From assembly GCA_900555615.1 (NCBI GenBank), contig USMB01000003.1:1-63539 (forward strand): a stretch of 63,539 bases of DNA, read 5' to 3'. Source of the DNA: an uncultured Clostridium sp. (GTDB lineage Bacteria > Bacillota > Clostridia > TANB77 > CAG-508). Under the pieces are notes generated by a model. It was given only the letters and a program-made list of their open reading frames with translations. It made no database searches and was not told the DNA's origin. Below are positions 1 to 10,200 of the stretch, piece by piece (positions within the stretch are counted from its first letter, which is position 1; each line of letters begins with the position of its first letter). The translations under genes were made by a program, and so were the position numbers.

Positions 1-103
1 TGTATTTTCCTGTATTAAATGCTGCATCAGCAAGTAATAATGATGCTGTTTTTGCACCTTGTCCACCTCTACCATGCCATCTAATTTCTATTAAATTGTT
101 CAT
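1..103 (-). CDS. 2-oxoacid (pyruvate):ferredoxin oxidoreductase gamma subunit, first 34 codons only (the gene runs off the left edge)
   Basis: Translation from the ATG at 101-103 gives [34 protein letters not shown], which carries the [12 protein letters not shown] signature of POR/VOR/KOR gamma subunits. An AAAGGAGG SD lies 6 nt upstream. Confidence 0.7.
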   Translation of the reverse strand, partial: MNNLIEIRWHGRGGQGAKTASLLLADAAFNTGKY

Positions 104-161
104 GTTTTTCCTCCTTTAATTTTTATTTTTTGTATAAAACTCTTTAACTTATCATTTATAA

Positions 162-190
162 AGTATATTCTTATTTTCTACTATTGTCAA
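162..190 (-). promoter_or_regulatory. sigma-A type promoter for the oxidoreductase gene
   Basis: Minus strand reads TTGACA (190-185), a 17-nt spacer, then TATACT (167-162). Confidence 0.4.
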
Positions 191-224
191 GTAATTTTTG
201 TGACTGAAGGGTCAATACAATAAA

Positions 225-252
225 CAAAAAAAGACTATTTTGGATAGTCTTT
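225..252 (-). terminator. rho-independent terminator after the GH15 gene
   Basis: Hairpin AAGACTAT (231-238) / ATAGTCTT (244-251). A plus-strand A-run at 226-230 gives the T-tract on the minus strand. Confidence 0.6.
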
Positions 253-259
253 TCTCATT

Positions 260-2164
260 TTACATTTTTGCCATTTTTTCTAATACTATTATAAACATTG
301 CATGTGTCCAACCAAGACCTATTACCCAATTTGGTTTTAATGTATTATTATCTATTTGTTCTCCTAGTAAGCTGTGTTTTCCAGCTGTTTTTAAAACAAA
401 ATCAAAAGTTTCTTTTGCTTTCTTTTTCTCGCCATTTTCTAAATAATATAATGTCATCCATAAATTTGAAATTGGCCAAGGACATCCATTTCTATAGTGG
501 TCATATTCATATCTTTGATATCCACCAGTATATGTTCTAAGAGTCAAATTAATGTTTTCAACTGTATTTAATACTTTTTTCTCTTTGGGTGAGAAAACTC
601 TAAATGGATAAACAGCACCTAATAAGCTAATGTCCATTCTTCTATCTTCTGAATTTCTTACATATGATTTCCTATTTTCATCATATAATTTTTCATCAAT
701 AAGATTTTTTACTTCTACTTGTAATTTTCTTATTTCTTCAATATTTTTATGAATTTTTTCATCTTTTAATCTATTATTTTCAAAATCAGAAACATTTTTT
801 CCTAACACTTTATATATATTTAACATACTTTCAAATGCAGCAAAAATACTAGCTAAAGAATACATATGTATTCCTCTATCATTTTCTTCCCATACATCAT
901 AGCTTACAGAATATTTTCCAGTTTCATCAATTAAATCTCTTACATATCTTTTTAAGAAATCAATTGCTTTTTCACACATATGTAAATTGATTTTCAAAAA
1001 TTCTTCATTTTTTGTATATTCATAGTGTGAATATACTCCATAAACTACACTTGCAGTTTCATCAACTTGATATCCCCAAGATGGTGCTAGCTTTCCATCT
1101 GTATAGAAACGTTGTTCCCACATTCCATTTTTGCTTTGAGTCATTCTGCAAAAAGTACTGTAAAATTTTTCTGTTTCTTTAGTCATTTTTAAAATATCTA
1201 ATGCCTTTGTTATAAAAACTGCATCTCTTGTCCAACAATACGCATATCTTCCACATTGTGTCAAATCCTCATCTACTTCAGGTGCAGCTATTACTCCTCC
1301 AGTTGATGGATTTGTTAATAATGGAAATAGCAAAATTGTCCTTCTATAAATGTCTTGTATCTTTTCTTCATAACTATTAGCAGGTTCTTTTAAATCTAGA
1401 CCATTATGTTCTTTTACATATTTTCTCCAGTAAGATTTAGTTGTAGAATATTCCTTATTAAAATCAATTCTTCTAATTCTTTCTACTTCATCTTCAACAG
1501 CCTGCATAGTTTTCTTGCTTTCATCTATAAAGACACAAATTTCTAATTCTTTTTTCTCTCCAGGATTAATAACTCCTACATTATAGCTAACACTAGAATC
1601 TTTAGACATTCCAATATAATCTTTTCCTCCTATTACTCCTGATTGAATATTATTTGAAGAATCATTTATTTGACTACTTAAAGTATCCATTCCTTTTGCA
1701 AATGTTGCAACAGAAAAATCATGAGCAAATTGAATCATTCCACTATTTATTTTCATTCCACTTACAAAATTATTTTGATCAGATAATAATTCAGAGTGAA
1801 TTAAAAATCTTACATCTAGTGGAATATTACTCTCATTTATAAATGTATATTTTTTTACAAGTATGTCCTCTTTTATTGTTACAAAATCAGTCTGTAATAT
1901 TTTCAAGTTAAAATATGTATTAGTTATTTCTGTATTTAGTATATTGGTATCTGTATCATAATATTGCAAATATGTATTATTTATATCTTCGTGTAAATAA
2001 ATTAAATCTGAATCATTTATTTTTACACCTGTTTTATAATACTTTAAATACTGTCTATTATCCTTATTAGGATATGATAGACGCAACATTTCTCCTTTAT
2101 AGGAGAATGTTGCTAACATTCTTTGGTTTCCTATTATCGCTTCATTTAAGTATTTTTCCATCAT
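260..2164 (-). CDS. glycoside hydrolase family 15 (glucoamylase/glucodextranase-like)
   Basis: 634-aa ORF with GH15-type motifs (YAYCWTRDA, SYDVWEE, an (alpha/alpha)6 C-terminal half). AGGAAGGA SD present. Confidence 0.8.
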   Translation of the reverse strand: MMEKYLNEAIIGNQRMLATFSYKGEMLRLSYPNKDNRQYLKYYKTGVKINDSDLIYLHEDINNTYLQYYDTDTNILNTEITNTYFNLKILQTDFVTIKEDILVKKYTFINESNIPLDVRFLIHSELLSDQNNFVSGMKINSGMIQFAHDFSVATFAKGMDTLSSQINDSSNNIQSGVIGGKDYIGMSKDSSVSYNVGVINPGEKKELEICVFIDESKKTMQAVEDEVERIRRIDFNKEYSTTKSYWRKYVKEHNGLDLKEPANSYEEKIQDIYRRTILLFPLLTNPSTGGVIAAPEVDEDLTQCGRYAYCWTRDAVFITKALDILKMTKETEKFYSTFCRMTQSKNGMWEQRFYTDGKLAPSWGYQVDETASVVYGVYSHYEYTKNEEFLKINLHMCEKAIDFLKRYVRDLIDETGKYSVSYDVWEENDRGIHMYSLASIFAAFESMLNIYKVLGKNVSDFENNRLKDEKIHKNIEEIRKLQVEVKNLIDEKLYDENRKSYVRNSEDRRMDISLLGAVYPFRVFSPKEKKVLNTVENINLTLRTYTGGYQRYEYDHYRNGCPWPISNLWMTLYYLENGEKKKAKETFDFVLKTAGKHSLLGEQIDNNTLKPNWVIGLGWTHAMFIIVLEKMAKM

Positions 2165-2177
2165 TTTATCCTTCCTA

Positions 2178-3821
2178 TTATCCCTCTATTACATTTAGAA
2201 TTTGTTTTTCTAAATCTTTAATCTTTTCATTTATTCTAAACATATCTTCATCTCTCAAGTTATCATCTTCTACATCTGATTTCACACTATCTTCCATATC
2301 CTTCATTTCATTTTGTAATTTACTCAATCTGTCTATAATTTCTTGTTTTAAATTCTTAGCTCGTTTAATTTTAATTTTATTAACAATCTTCAATTCATCA
2401 CATAATTCGTAAGTTTCTCCATATTCTGGAATAGAAACTCCAATACCTGTCTCTTCTAATATTTTATCTCTTAAAACTTCTTGTGATTCTTCTTCTCCAT
2501 GAACTAAAAAGATATGTTTTGGTCTTGATATGAATGAATATACAAAATTCATCAACCATTCTTGATCTGCATGCCCAGAATATCCTTCAATATATTCAAT
2601 TCTTGCATTTACTGCAAATTCTTCCCCAAATATTGTTACTTTTTTAGCTCCATTTACAATTGAATATCCTAATGTTCCTGGAGCTTGATATCCTACAAAT
2701 AATATTGTGCTCTTAGGGTTCCATATATTATGTTTTAAGTGATGTTTTATTCTTCCAACATCACACATTCCACTTGCAGATATAATAATTGCTGGCTCTG
2801 GACTTTCATTTAAAGCTTTTGATTCATCTGCTGTTTGTGTAAATTTTAAACCTGGAAATTCTAAAGGATTATCTCCATTTTCCATTTTTTCTTTTATCTC
2901 ATCATCAAATAAATCTGTATTTTGTTTAAATACCTCTGTTGCTGAAATTGCTAATGGACTATCGACATATACAGGAACTTTCATTAATGTTTTATATTTT
3001 CTCATAAATTCTGCATCATCAGTATTTTCTTTTATTTTATTTAATTCATATAATATTTCTTGTGTTCTTCCTACTGCAAAAGATGGAATTACTACAGTTC
3101 CACCATTATCAATAGTTTCTGATACAATATTTAAAAACAATTCTGCTTTTTGATTATTTCTTACATGTAATCTACTTCCATAGGTTGACTCCATTACAAG
3201 AAAGTCTGCACTTTCAATCATTGTTGGAGAACTTAATAATGGAATATCATTATTTCCTATATCTCCTGAAAATACAGTTTTTGTTTTTTTCCCATCCTCT
3301 TTAGTCCAAACTTCTATAGAGCTTGAACCTAACATATGTCCTGCATCATTATATCTAACATAAATATTTTCTGCTACCTGAATAATATCATCATATTTTA
3401 CAGGGACAAATAGTTCTTGACTTTTTATTGCATCTTCAGCAGTATATAGTGGTGGAAAAGTTTGTTGGCCTTTTCTCAATCTTTTTTTATTTTTCCATTC
3501 AGATTCCATTTCTTGTATATGGCCACTATCTGGCAACATAATCGCACACAAATCACAAGTTGCCTTATGTGCATAAATTGGTCCTTTAAAGCCTTCATTA
3601 TATAATTTAGGTATTCTACCTGAATGATCTATGTGGGCATGAGTTAATAACATAAAATCTATTTCTGCTGGATTATAATCAAATTCTTTATAATTTTTCA
3701 TTTCTAATTCAGCATTTCCCTGGTACATTCCACAATCAACCAAAAACTTCTTTCCTGCAGCTTCAACTAAAAAGTTAGAACCTGTTACAATTTTTGTTGC
3801 ACCTAAAAAAGTTATTTTCAT
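2178..3821 (-). CDS. MBL-fold beta-CASP ribonuclease (CPSF/RNase J-like) with a C-terminal coiled-coil extension
   Basis: HAHIDHSG zinc motif. The beta-CASP/RMMBL layout ends at GYSGHADQ..LVHGEE, followed by about 90 aa of charged coiled coil. GAAGGAG SD present. Confidence 0.8.
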   Translation of the reverse strand: MKITFLGATKIVTGSNFLVEAAGKKFLVDCGMYQGNAELEMKNYKEFDYNPAEIDFMLLTHAHIDHSGRIPKLYNEGFKGPIYAHKATCDLCAIMLPDSGHIQEMESEWKNKKRLRKGQQTFPPLYTAEDAIKSQELFVPVKYDDIIQVAENIYVRYNDAGHMLGSSSIEVWTKEDGKKTKTVFSGDIGNNDIPLLSSPTMIESADFLVMESTYGSRLHVRNNQKAELFLNIVSETIDNGGTVVIPSFAVGRTQEILYELNKIKENTDDAEFMRKYKTLMKVPVYVDSPLAISATEVFKQNTDLFDDEIKEKMENGDNPLEFPGLKFTQTADESKALNESPEPAIIISASGMCDVGRIKHHLKHNIWNPKSTILFVGYQAPGTLGYSIVNGAKKVTIFGEEFAVNARIEYIEGYSGHADQEWLMNFVYSFISRPKHIFLVHGEEESQEVLRDKILEETGIGVSIPEYGETYELCDELKIVNKIKIKRAKNLKQEIIDRLSKLQNEMKDMEDSVKSDVEDDNLRDEDMFRINEKIKDLEKQILNVIEG

Positions 3822-3833
3822 AAGTTATCTCCT

Positions 3834-5339
3834 TCAAATAAATATTTTAATTTTTTTATTTATTTTCATTTTTTCTACTGGTATTATTTCAAATTTTTCT
3901 TCGCTTATATTATCATCAAATATTTGTACAAAATATTTTTCATTTTCTACTATTATTTTATAATACAATTCATTTAATCCTATGATTCTAGTCTCAAATA
4001 AATGTGTTATTATTTCAAATGGCATATTTGAAACAATTTTTTTTTGAATAGCTTTCTTGAATAGTAAAATCTCTGTCTTTTTAGTTTCTTCATTTAATTG
4101 TTCTACATCTTTTAAATTTCTATTTAAATCATATGGCAAAAACATAAAATATCGAAACTGATAGATTAATTTCAGTACCTCATCTGGATTTTCACATGAG
4201 TTTATACTCAAATTAAAACATTGTAACCAAATCTTTATAAATTCCATTAATAATGATTTTCTTTTATCCTCATCAAATAAACTTATCTCTAAAAATTCTT
4301 TTTGCTTTATTAATTTTTCTTTTTCTGCTAAATAATTTTGTGGATTTAAAATGTAATTATCTTCTTCTATTTGTGCTAAAATTTTTTGTTTTTCTGAATT
4401 TAATTGTTGCTTTAACATATTTATGTTAAATATTTTTTCTTGTTTTTGATATTCTAGTTGCAACTTTTCTTTTTGGTTTAAAATTTTTTCAATCTCTTTC
4501 AATTGTTTCGTCAATTGTTTTTTATGCCTTGTAATTCTTTCTACATTTTCTTTTGTATTATCATAATATTTAATGTCTTTTTCTAAATTCATCTTTTTCT
4601 TTTGAATATACTCCGCAAATTCATTACTTTCTTTTATATCATTTATAATAGCTAGTTGTATTAAAAGTTCTTTTAATTTATTAATTCTTTCTTTTCCAAA
4701 CTTGTTACCAAACTCTTCAGACATTACTTCGAAATAATCAATTATTCCATCTTTGTCTTGACACCATTGATCCATAAATTCTTTTCCAAATAAAATTTGA
4801 AAAGCTTGAAAAACAAAATTTGCATCAATATTTTCTATTTCTTGTTTTATTGTAGTCCAAGACCATCCATTAAAATCTCTTAAAACTTCTATTCTATCCA
4901 TATCTTTTCCTAAATTAATAAAATCTGATACAGCAATAGTTGCATCACCATATTTATTGTTTAATATTTTATAATTATTTGATAATTTCTCGATTGCATA
5001 TAAAAGTTTTTCTTCTATAGGATAACTTAAAATTTCATTATCTTTTATATAAAATTTATATTTTTTTAAAATCTTTTGAATTTCATCATCTTCTATTTTT
5101 TGACTAAGCTTTATAACTTTTATGCTTTTACAATTTTTTTTAATATTTAATATTAATTGTTCAACATATTTCTTTTCACTTTCATTTATTACTTTAACTT
5201 TTTTATAATCTTTATATGAAACTTCTATTTTATATAAAATTCCTTGAAGAAGATTTTTTGCTTGTTCATCTATCATTTTTTCTTCAAGAACTTTTTCTAA
5301 TTCTTCATTCTTGTCTTTTTTGATAATCTTCTCTAGCAT
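3834..5339 (-). CDS. hypothetical protein, K/E-rich with a central coiled coil
   Basis: About 501-codon ORF. I prefer the ATG at 5339 (AAAGGAGAGG SD) over the TTG at 5342 in the ORF track. No motif recognised. Confidence 0.6.
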   Translation of the reverse strand: MLEKIIKKDKNEELEKVLEEKMIDEQAKNLLQGILYKIEVSYKDYKKVKVINESEKKYVEQLILNIKKNCKSIKVIKLSQKIEDDEIQKILKKYKFYIKDNEILSYPIEEKLLYAIEKLSNNYKILNNKYGDATIAVSDFINLGKDMDRIEVLRDFNGWSWTTIKQEIENIDANFVFQAFQILFGKEFMDQWCQDKDGIIDYFEVMSEEFGNKFGKERINKLKELLIQLAIINDIKESNEFAEYIQKKKMNLEKDIKYYDNTKENVERITRHKKQLTKQLKEIEKILNQKEKLQLEYQKQEKIFNINMLKQQLNSEKQKILAQIEEDNYILNPQNYLAEKEKLIKQKEFLEISLFDEDKRKSLLMEFIKIWLQCFNLSINSCENPDEVLKLIYQFRYFMFLPYDLNRNLKDVEQLNEETKKTEILLFKKAIQKKIVSNMPFEIITHLFETRIIGLNELYYKIIVENEKYFVQIFDDNISEEKFEIIPVEKMKINKKIKIFI

Positions 5340-5366
5340 CAAATCCTCTCCTTTCTCTTTAGTTAT

Positions 5367-7787
5367 TTAATTTTCTTCTTCATGTGTACTCATATTTAAT
5401 TCCTGTAAACGCTCCAATGTCATTAGAACTTGACGTGGCTTACTGCCCTGATATCCAGAAATTATTCCTCTTTCTTCCATTTGGTCTATAATTCTACCAG
5501 CTCTTGCATATCCAACTTTAAACCTTCTTTGAATAAATGATGTTGATGCTTGTCCTGTTTCAACAACCACATCTATTGCATCTCTTAATAATGGATCAGT
5601 ATCATCCTCTCCTGCTGCAGCCTCATCAGCAAGTTCTTTGTCTGTTTTATTACTATTTTCTATTGAATCTAATATATCATCATTATATGTTGCCACTCCA
5701 TTTGATTTAACAAATGAAACTATTTTTTCTACTTCTTCATCAGATACAAATGCACCTTGTACTCTAACAGGTTTTGGAGCACCTGAAGGATAAAATAGCA
5801 TATCACCTTTTCCTAATAATTTTTCTGCTCCTACTTGGTCTAATATTGTTCTTGAATCTACTTGTGATGATACAGCAAATGCTATTCTTGATGGTATATT
5901 TGCTTTAATTATGCCTGTAATTACATCTACTGATGGACGTTGAGTTGCAATTATTAAATGCATTCCAGCAGCTCTAGCTTTTTGAGCTAATCTACAAATA
6001 GAATCTTCTACTTCTTTTGCAGCTACCATCATTAAATCTGCTAACTCATCTATTATTATAACAATTTGTGGTAATGTTCCTGTTTCTTCTTCTTTTTCTG
6101 CTAATGCATTATATCCTTTTAAGTCTCTAACTCCTTTTTGCGCAAATACATTATATCTGTTATCCATCTCTTGTACAGCCCATGCTAAAGCACCTGCAGC
6201 TTTTTTAGGATCTGTTACAACTGGTATTAATAAATGTGGAATTCCATTATATACAGAAAGTTCTACGACTTTAGGGTCTACCATTACAAATTTTACTTCA
6301 CTTGGTTTTGCTTTATAAATTATACTCGTAATTATTGTGTTTATACATACACTCTTTCCTGAACCTGTTGCTCCTGCAATTAACGCATGTGGCATTTTTG
6401 CAATATCAGCAATTTCCATGTTTCCAGCAACATCTTTTCCTAATGCTACACTTAATTTTGATTTACTATCTTGAAACGCATCACTTTCTACTACATCTCT
6501 AAAATGTACTGTTTCTTTCTCTGTATTTGGTACTTCTATACCAACAGCTTGTTTTCCTGGTATTGGTGCTTCAATTCTTATTGTTTCTGCAGCCAAATTT
6601 AATGCAATATCATCAGCTAAATTTGCTATTTTACTTACACGCACTCCTTCTGCTGGTTTTAACTCATATCTAGTAATTGCTGGTCCTACTGAAACATTTT
6701 CAACTTTTGCTTGTACTCCAAAACTATATAATGTTTTTTGAAGTCTTGTTGCAACATCTGTTAAAGCTTTTGCCCCACCTTTTATTGCTTTTTTAGTTCC
6801 TTTACTCAATAATTCTACTGGTGGATATTCATAATGTTCATCTTCTACTGCAACAGCATGTTCTAGTTGTAAAACTTCTTTTACTTTTTCTTCTTTCTTT
6901 TCTTCTTCTTTTTTAAATAAATTTCCTTCTATATAATCTGGTTCCATTTTTTGTTTATTTTCAATTCCTAATGGAACAATATCATTTTTAGCATGTTTGA
7001 ATTTTTTTCTTCCAGATGCATCTTCTTCAATAGTTCTTCCATTCAAATTAATTTTAATTTGTTCTGGAACAACTTCATTATTTTTATCATCCTCAACTTC
7101 TAAATATGCTTTACGATTTTCTTTTATTGTTTTTGCTCTTTTTCCCTCTTTTCTTATCTCAGCTCTTGCCAATTCTTCTTTGTCATCTAGCTCTTCTCTA
7201 GCAACAATTCTAGATTCTCTTTTTTCTTTGCTCTTTTCTACTCCAGCTTCAATCCAATTACTTATTATTTTTGAAATATCTATTCCAAATGTTATTGAAA
7301 ACATTATTAATGCTAAACCTATGCTTAATATTATAGTTCCTACTTTTCCCAAAAGTTTAAAAAGTGGTACAGCTGCAATCGTTCCTAATGCTCCTCCTCC
7401 AATATTATTTGCTCCAAGAGCATATGCATCTTTAACTATATCTGATATGTTTTGTTCAATATTTATTTGCCCATTACAAATTTGATATACGCTAAGAATA
7501 ACTGCTATAAATATAAGTAATAAACTATACTGAAAAATTCTTGATGATATATATCCATCATCATTTTTGCAGGCCATTTTTATTGCAACTGCAAAAGATC
7601 CTATTGGTAATACATATTTTATAATTCCAAACATTCCTCCGAAAAAATCACTTAGCATAATCCCTATATAACCAGATTCAGTATATATCAAAACTGTCAA
7701 TAAAATACTAAATATTATTGTAATAACTACTCCAAAATCTGTTGAAACCTTTTTAGATTTTCTTCCTTTAGACTTTCTCTTTGTCAT
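5367..7787 (-). CDS. ftsK: DNA translocase FtsK/SpoIIIE
   Basis: N-terminal TM helices, a charged linker, Walker A GATGSGKS, the IIIDELADLM Walker B region, and a C-terminal gamma winged-helix domain. Confidence 0.9.
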   Translation of the reverse strand: MTKRKSKGRKSKKVSTDFGVVITIIFSILLTVLIYTESGYIGIMLSDFFGGMFGIIKYVLPIGSFAVAIKMACKNDDGYISSRIFQYSLLLIFIAVILSVYQICNGQINIEQNISDIVKDAYALGANNIGGGALGTIAAVPLFKLLGKVGTIILSIGLALIMFSITFGIDISKIISNWIEAGVEKSKEKRESRIVAREELDDKEELARAEIRKEGKRAKTIKENRKAYLEVEDDKNNEVVPEQIKINLNGRTIEEDASGRKKFKHAKNDIVPLGIENKQKMEPDYIEGNLFKKEEEKKEEKVKEVLQLEHAVAVEDEHYEYPPVELLSKGTKKAIKGGAKALTDVATRLQKTLYSFGVQAKVENVSVGPAITRYELKPAEGVRVSKIANLADDIALNLAAETIRIEAPIPGKQAVGIEVPNTEKETVHFRDVVESDAFQDSKSKLSVALGKDVAGNMEIADIAKMPHALIAGATGSGKSVCINTIITSIIYKAKPSEVKFVMVDPKVVELSVYNGIPHLLIPVVTDPKKAAGALAWAVQEMDNRYNVFAQKGVRDLKGYNALAEKEEETGTLPQIVIIIDELADLMMVAAKEVEDSICRLAQKARAAGMHLIIATQRPSVDVITGIIKANIPSRIAFAVSSQVDSRTILDQVGAEKLLGKGDMLFYPSGAPKPVRVQGAFVSDEEVEKIVSFVKSNGVATYNDDILDSIENSNKTDKELADEAAAGEDDTDPLLRDAIDVVVETGQASTSFIQRRFKVGYARAGRIIDQMEERGIISGYQGSKPRQVLMTLERLQELNMSTHEEEN

Positions 7788-7848
7788 TCCATTACTTCCT
7801 TTCGTTTAAAAGGGACACTCCTTTTTTTGAAAGGGGTGCCCCCAATTT

Positions 7849-8352
7849 TTATTGAAGTTCCTTTTTACTATTTTGTATTGTTTTTATAGTATCTTCAAGT
7901 GAAATTTCCATTAAATTAACAGCTTCTCCTAGATTTTTCTCTAGCTTAGCTAATGTGTCTGTTAAAACTTTTTCAGTTGAATCTAACAAGTTATTTGCAT
8001 ATTCCTTAGTTCCTTGTGAAATTTCTCTTGACATTTCATTTGCAGTTTCAATTATTTCAGCCTTTTGTTCATAAGCTTTTCTTGTTATTTCATGTTCATC
8101 AATCATTGAAATAATTCTATTCTCAGCTTCTTTTACTATTCCATCAGCTTCTTTTTGAGCTTCCACTAATATTCTTTGTCTTTCTTCTTTTACCCATTTA
8201 GCTTGTTTTAACTCATCAGGTAATTTAATTCTAATTTCTTTAATTAATTCAAGCATTTCTTCCTTATCTACTACACCCTTATTTGTAAAAGGTAGATTTT
8301 TGCTATTTTCTAATATGTCTTCTAATGTTTCTAATAATGTAAAAATTTCCAT
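7849..8352 (-). CDS. hypothetical coiled-coil protein (ATPase-subunit-H-like composition)
   Basis: 167-aa ORF with a GAAAGGGG SD, E/K-rich and helical. No catalytic motif seen. Confidence 0.55.
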   Translation of the reverse strand: MEIFTLLETLEDILENSKNLPFTNKGVVDKEEMLELIKEIRIKLPDELKQAKWVKEERQRILVEAQKEADGIVKEAENRIISMIDEHEITRKAYEQKAEIIETANEMSREISQGTKEYANNLLDSTEKVLTDTLAKLEKNLGEAVNLMEISLEDTIKTIQNSKKELQ

Positions 8353-8379
8353 TGTTTACCCCTTTCTAGGTTTTAAATT

Positions 8380-8934
8380 CTAAACTTCAAGAAATATTAT
8401 TGTTGCTCTTCCGTATTTTCTTTTGTCAACAATCTTAATTTTTATATTTTCTATTTCTTTTAGTATTCTTATTTCGTCATCAGTTTCAATGATGATTGTA
8501 TTTTCTTTTTGTGTCATACCATATTCAACAATTTTTTTCAATGCTTCCGAAATATAACTTGTTTCATATGGTGGATCTATATAAATTATATCAAATTTCT
8601 GATTTTTTACTTTTTCTAAACATGTATTGAAATCTGCATTTACTGTTTGAACTTTTTTATCCATATGTGTTTTTTCTATATTTCTTTTTATAACTGCCAT
8701 GGCATCTTTAGAATTATCACATAAAACTACTTTTTGTGCACCTCTACTTAAAAATTCCAACCCTATTGCACCACTTCCTGCAAACAAATCTAAAACAATT
8801 GCATCTTCTATTTTATTTTGTATAATATTAAAAACAGATTCTTTTACTCTATCTAGTGTTGGTCTTGTATTAGTTCCATTTAATGTAAATAATTTTGTTC
8901 CTCTTGCACTTCCACTTATTATTCTCATTGCCAT
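8380..8934 (-). CDS. rsmD: 16S rRNA (guanine966-N2)-methyltransferase RsmD
   Basis: RPTLDRVKESVFNI, LDLFAGSGAIGLEFLSRGA SAM motif I, and the DPPY motif. Confidence 0.85.
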   Translation of the reverse strand: MAMRIISGSARGTKLFTLNGTNTRPTLDRVKESVFNIIQNKIEDAIVLDLFAGSGAIGLEFLSRGAQKVVLCDNSKDAMAVIKRNIEKTHMDKKVQTVNADFNTCLEKVKNQKFDIIYIDPPYETSYISEALKKIVEYGMTQKENTIIIETDDEIRILKEIENIKIKIVDKRKYGRATIIFLEV

Positions 8935-8960
8935 TTTCAGCCTTTCATATTTATACTACT

Positions 8961-8988
8961 ATTTTATTCTTTTTTTCTATATTGTCAA
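8961..8988 (-). promoter_or_regulatory. sigma-A type promoter upstream of rsmD
   Basis: Minus strand reads TTGACA (8988-8983), 16 nt, then TAAAAT (8966-8961). Confidence 0.45.
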
Positions 8989-9050
8989 GTATTTTAATTA
9001 AATTGTAATATAGTTTTAATATTTTTGTAACATTGTAATACTCTTATAAC

Positions 9051-9083
9051 ACAGAAAAAGAGGCTTTTAAAATAAAGTCTCTT
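9051..9083 (-). terminator. terminator after divIVA
   Basis: 10-bp A/T-rich stem (9058-9067 / 9074-9083, one G-U pair) with a 6-nt loop, followed on the minus strand by TTTCTGT. Confidence 0.45.
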
Positions 9084-9090
9084 CTTTCGT

Positions 9091-9579
9091 TTATTCTTCA
9101 TCTTGATTTATTTGCTTTATAATTTCTGATTGTGATACTAGTAATGATTCCATTTTTGCTCTATATATATCAAATTGTTGCTTTACTTCACTAAATTGCT
9201 GTTCTTTTGCTCTTGTTTGTTGTTCTATTTCATCAAGTCCTTTAGAAGCACTTTCTTTAGCATTTCTTATTATAGTATCAGCTTCTTTTTGAGCATCTGC
9301 TATAACTTGTTCTGCTTGTTGTTTTGCAACATTTTTTACTTCCTCAGCTGTTGATTGAGCCATAACTAAAGTATTTTGTAAAGTTGCTTCTATTGTTTTA
9401 TAATGGTTTAATGCATTATTTAACTCATCAACTTTATTCTTTAAAGATACAACTTCCTTATAATTGCTTTCATAATCTTGCATAACTTGATCTAAAAATT
9501 CATCTACTTCTTCTACATTGTATCCACTCATCATTTGTTTACTAAATTTTTTATTTTCTATATCTAATGGTGTAATCAT
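9091..9579 (-). CDS. divIVA: DivIVA-domain cell division protein
   Basis: N-terminus MITPLDIENKKFSKQMMSGYNVEEVDEFLDQV is the DivIVA lipid-binding domain signature, followed by coiled coil. Confidence 0.85.
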   Translation of the reverse strand: MITPLDIENKKFSKQMMSGYNVEEVDEFLDQVMQDYESNYKEVVSLKNKVDELNNALNHYKTIEATLQNTLVMAQSTAEEVKNVAKQQAEQVIADAQKEADTIIRNAKESASKGLDEIEQQTRAKEQQFSEVKQQFDIYRAKMESLLVSQSEIIKQINQDEE

Positions 9580-9607
9580 ATTAGATAGCCTCCATTCTTT
9601 GAAAGGA

Positions 9608-10096
9608 TTAATTTATATTATTATTTTTTAGCCAAGAAACAGATAATTTGCTTTTTATTTCTTCTCTTGCCATTTCATTTGTTATCTCATAATTCATTGG
9701 TGCTATTAAGAATATTGAATTTGATATTTTTTGAATATGTCCATCTAATGCATATACTCCACCACTAATAAAATCAACAATTCTTCTAGCAACATCTTTA
9801 TTTACATATTCTAAATTTACAATAACTGATTTTTTTTCTTTTAATAAACTGCAAATTTCTTCTGATTGTTCAAATGTTGTTGGTTGAGATATTACCATTT
9901 TTACAGATTGTCCTTGTGCATTTAATGGTACAACTTTTCCTCTCTTTCCAAAGAATTTTTTGTCATCATCTTCTTCATTTTCATAGTTATTTGATTTATC
10001 TTCATATTCATATGCATCATCATCATATTCTTCTGTTTCTCCTTGGTCTACTCCTCCGAATAGTCCCCATACCTTGTCCATTATAGCTCCTGCCAT
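9608..10096 (-). CDS. sepF: cell division protein SepF
   Basis: An acidic N-terminal linker followed by the conserved SepF core (VISQPTTFEQSEEICSLLKEKKSVIVNL..ARRIVDFISGGVYALDG). GGAGGG SD present. Confidence 0.85.
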   Translation of the reverse strand: MAGAIMDKVWGLFGGVDQGETEEYDDDAYEYEDKSNNYENEEDDDKKFFGKRGKVVPLNAQGQSVKMVISQPTTFEQSEEICSLLKEKKSVIVNLEYVNKDVARRIVDFISGGVYALDGHIQKISNSIFLIAPMNYEITNEMAREEIKSKLSVSWLKNNNIN

Positions 10097-10145
10097 TTTT
10101 TTACCCTCCTAATATTTTACACTTTCGTATACTAAATTTGGTTAT

Positions 10146-10174
10146 AGTATCTAACTTTTTTGCGATTTTGTCAA
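10146..10174 (-). promoter_or_regulatory. sigma-A type promoter upstream of sepF
   Basis: Minus strand reads TTGACA (10174-10169), 17 nt, then GATACT (10151-10146). Confidence 0.4.
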
Positions 10175-10200
10175 TAGTTTTTAAGATTGTAATCAAAATT

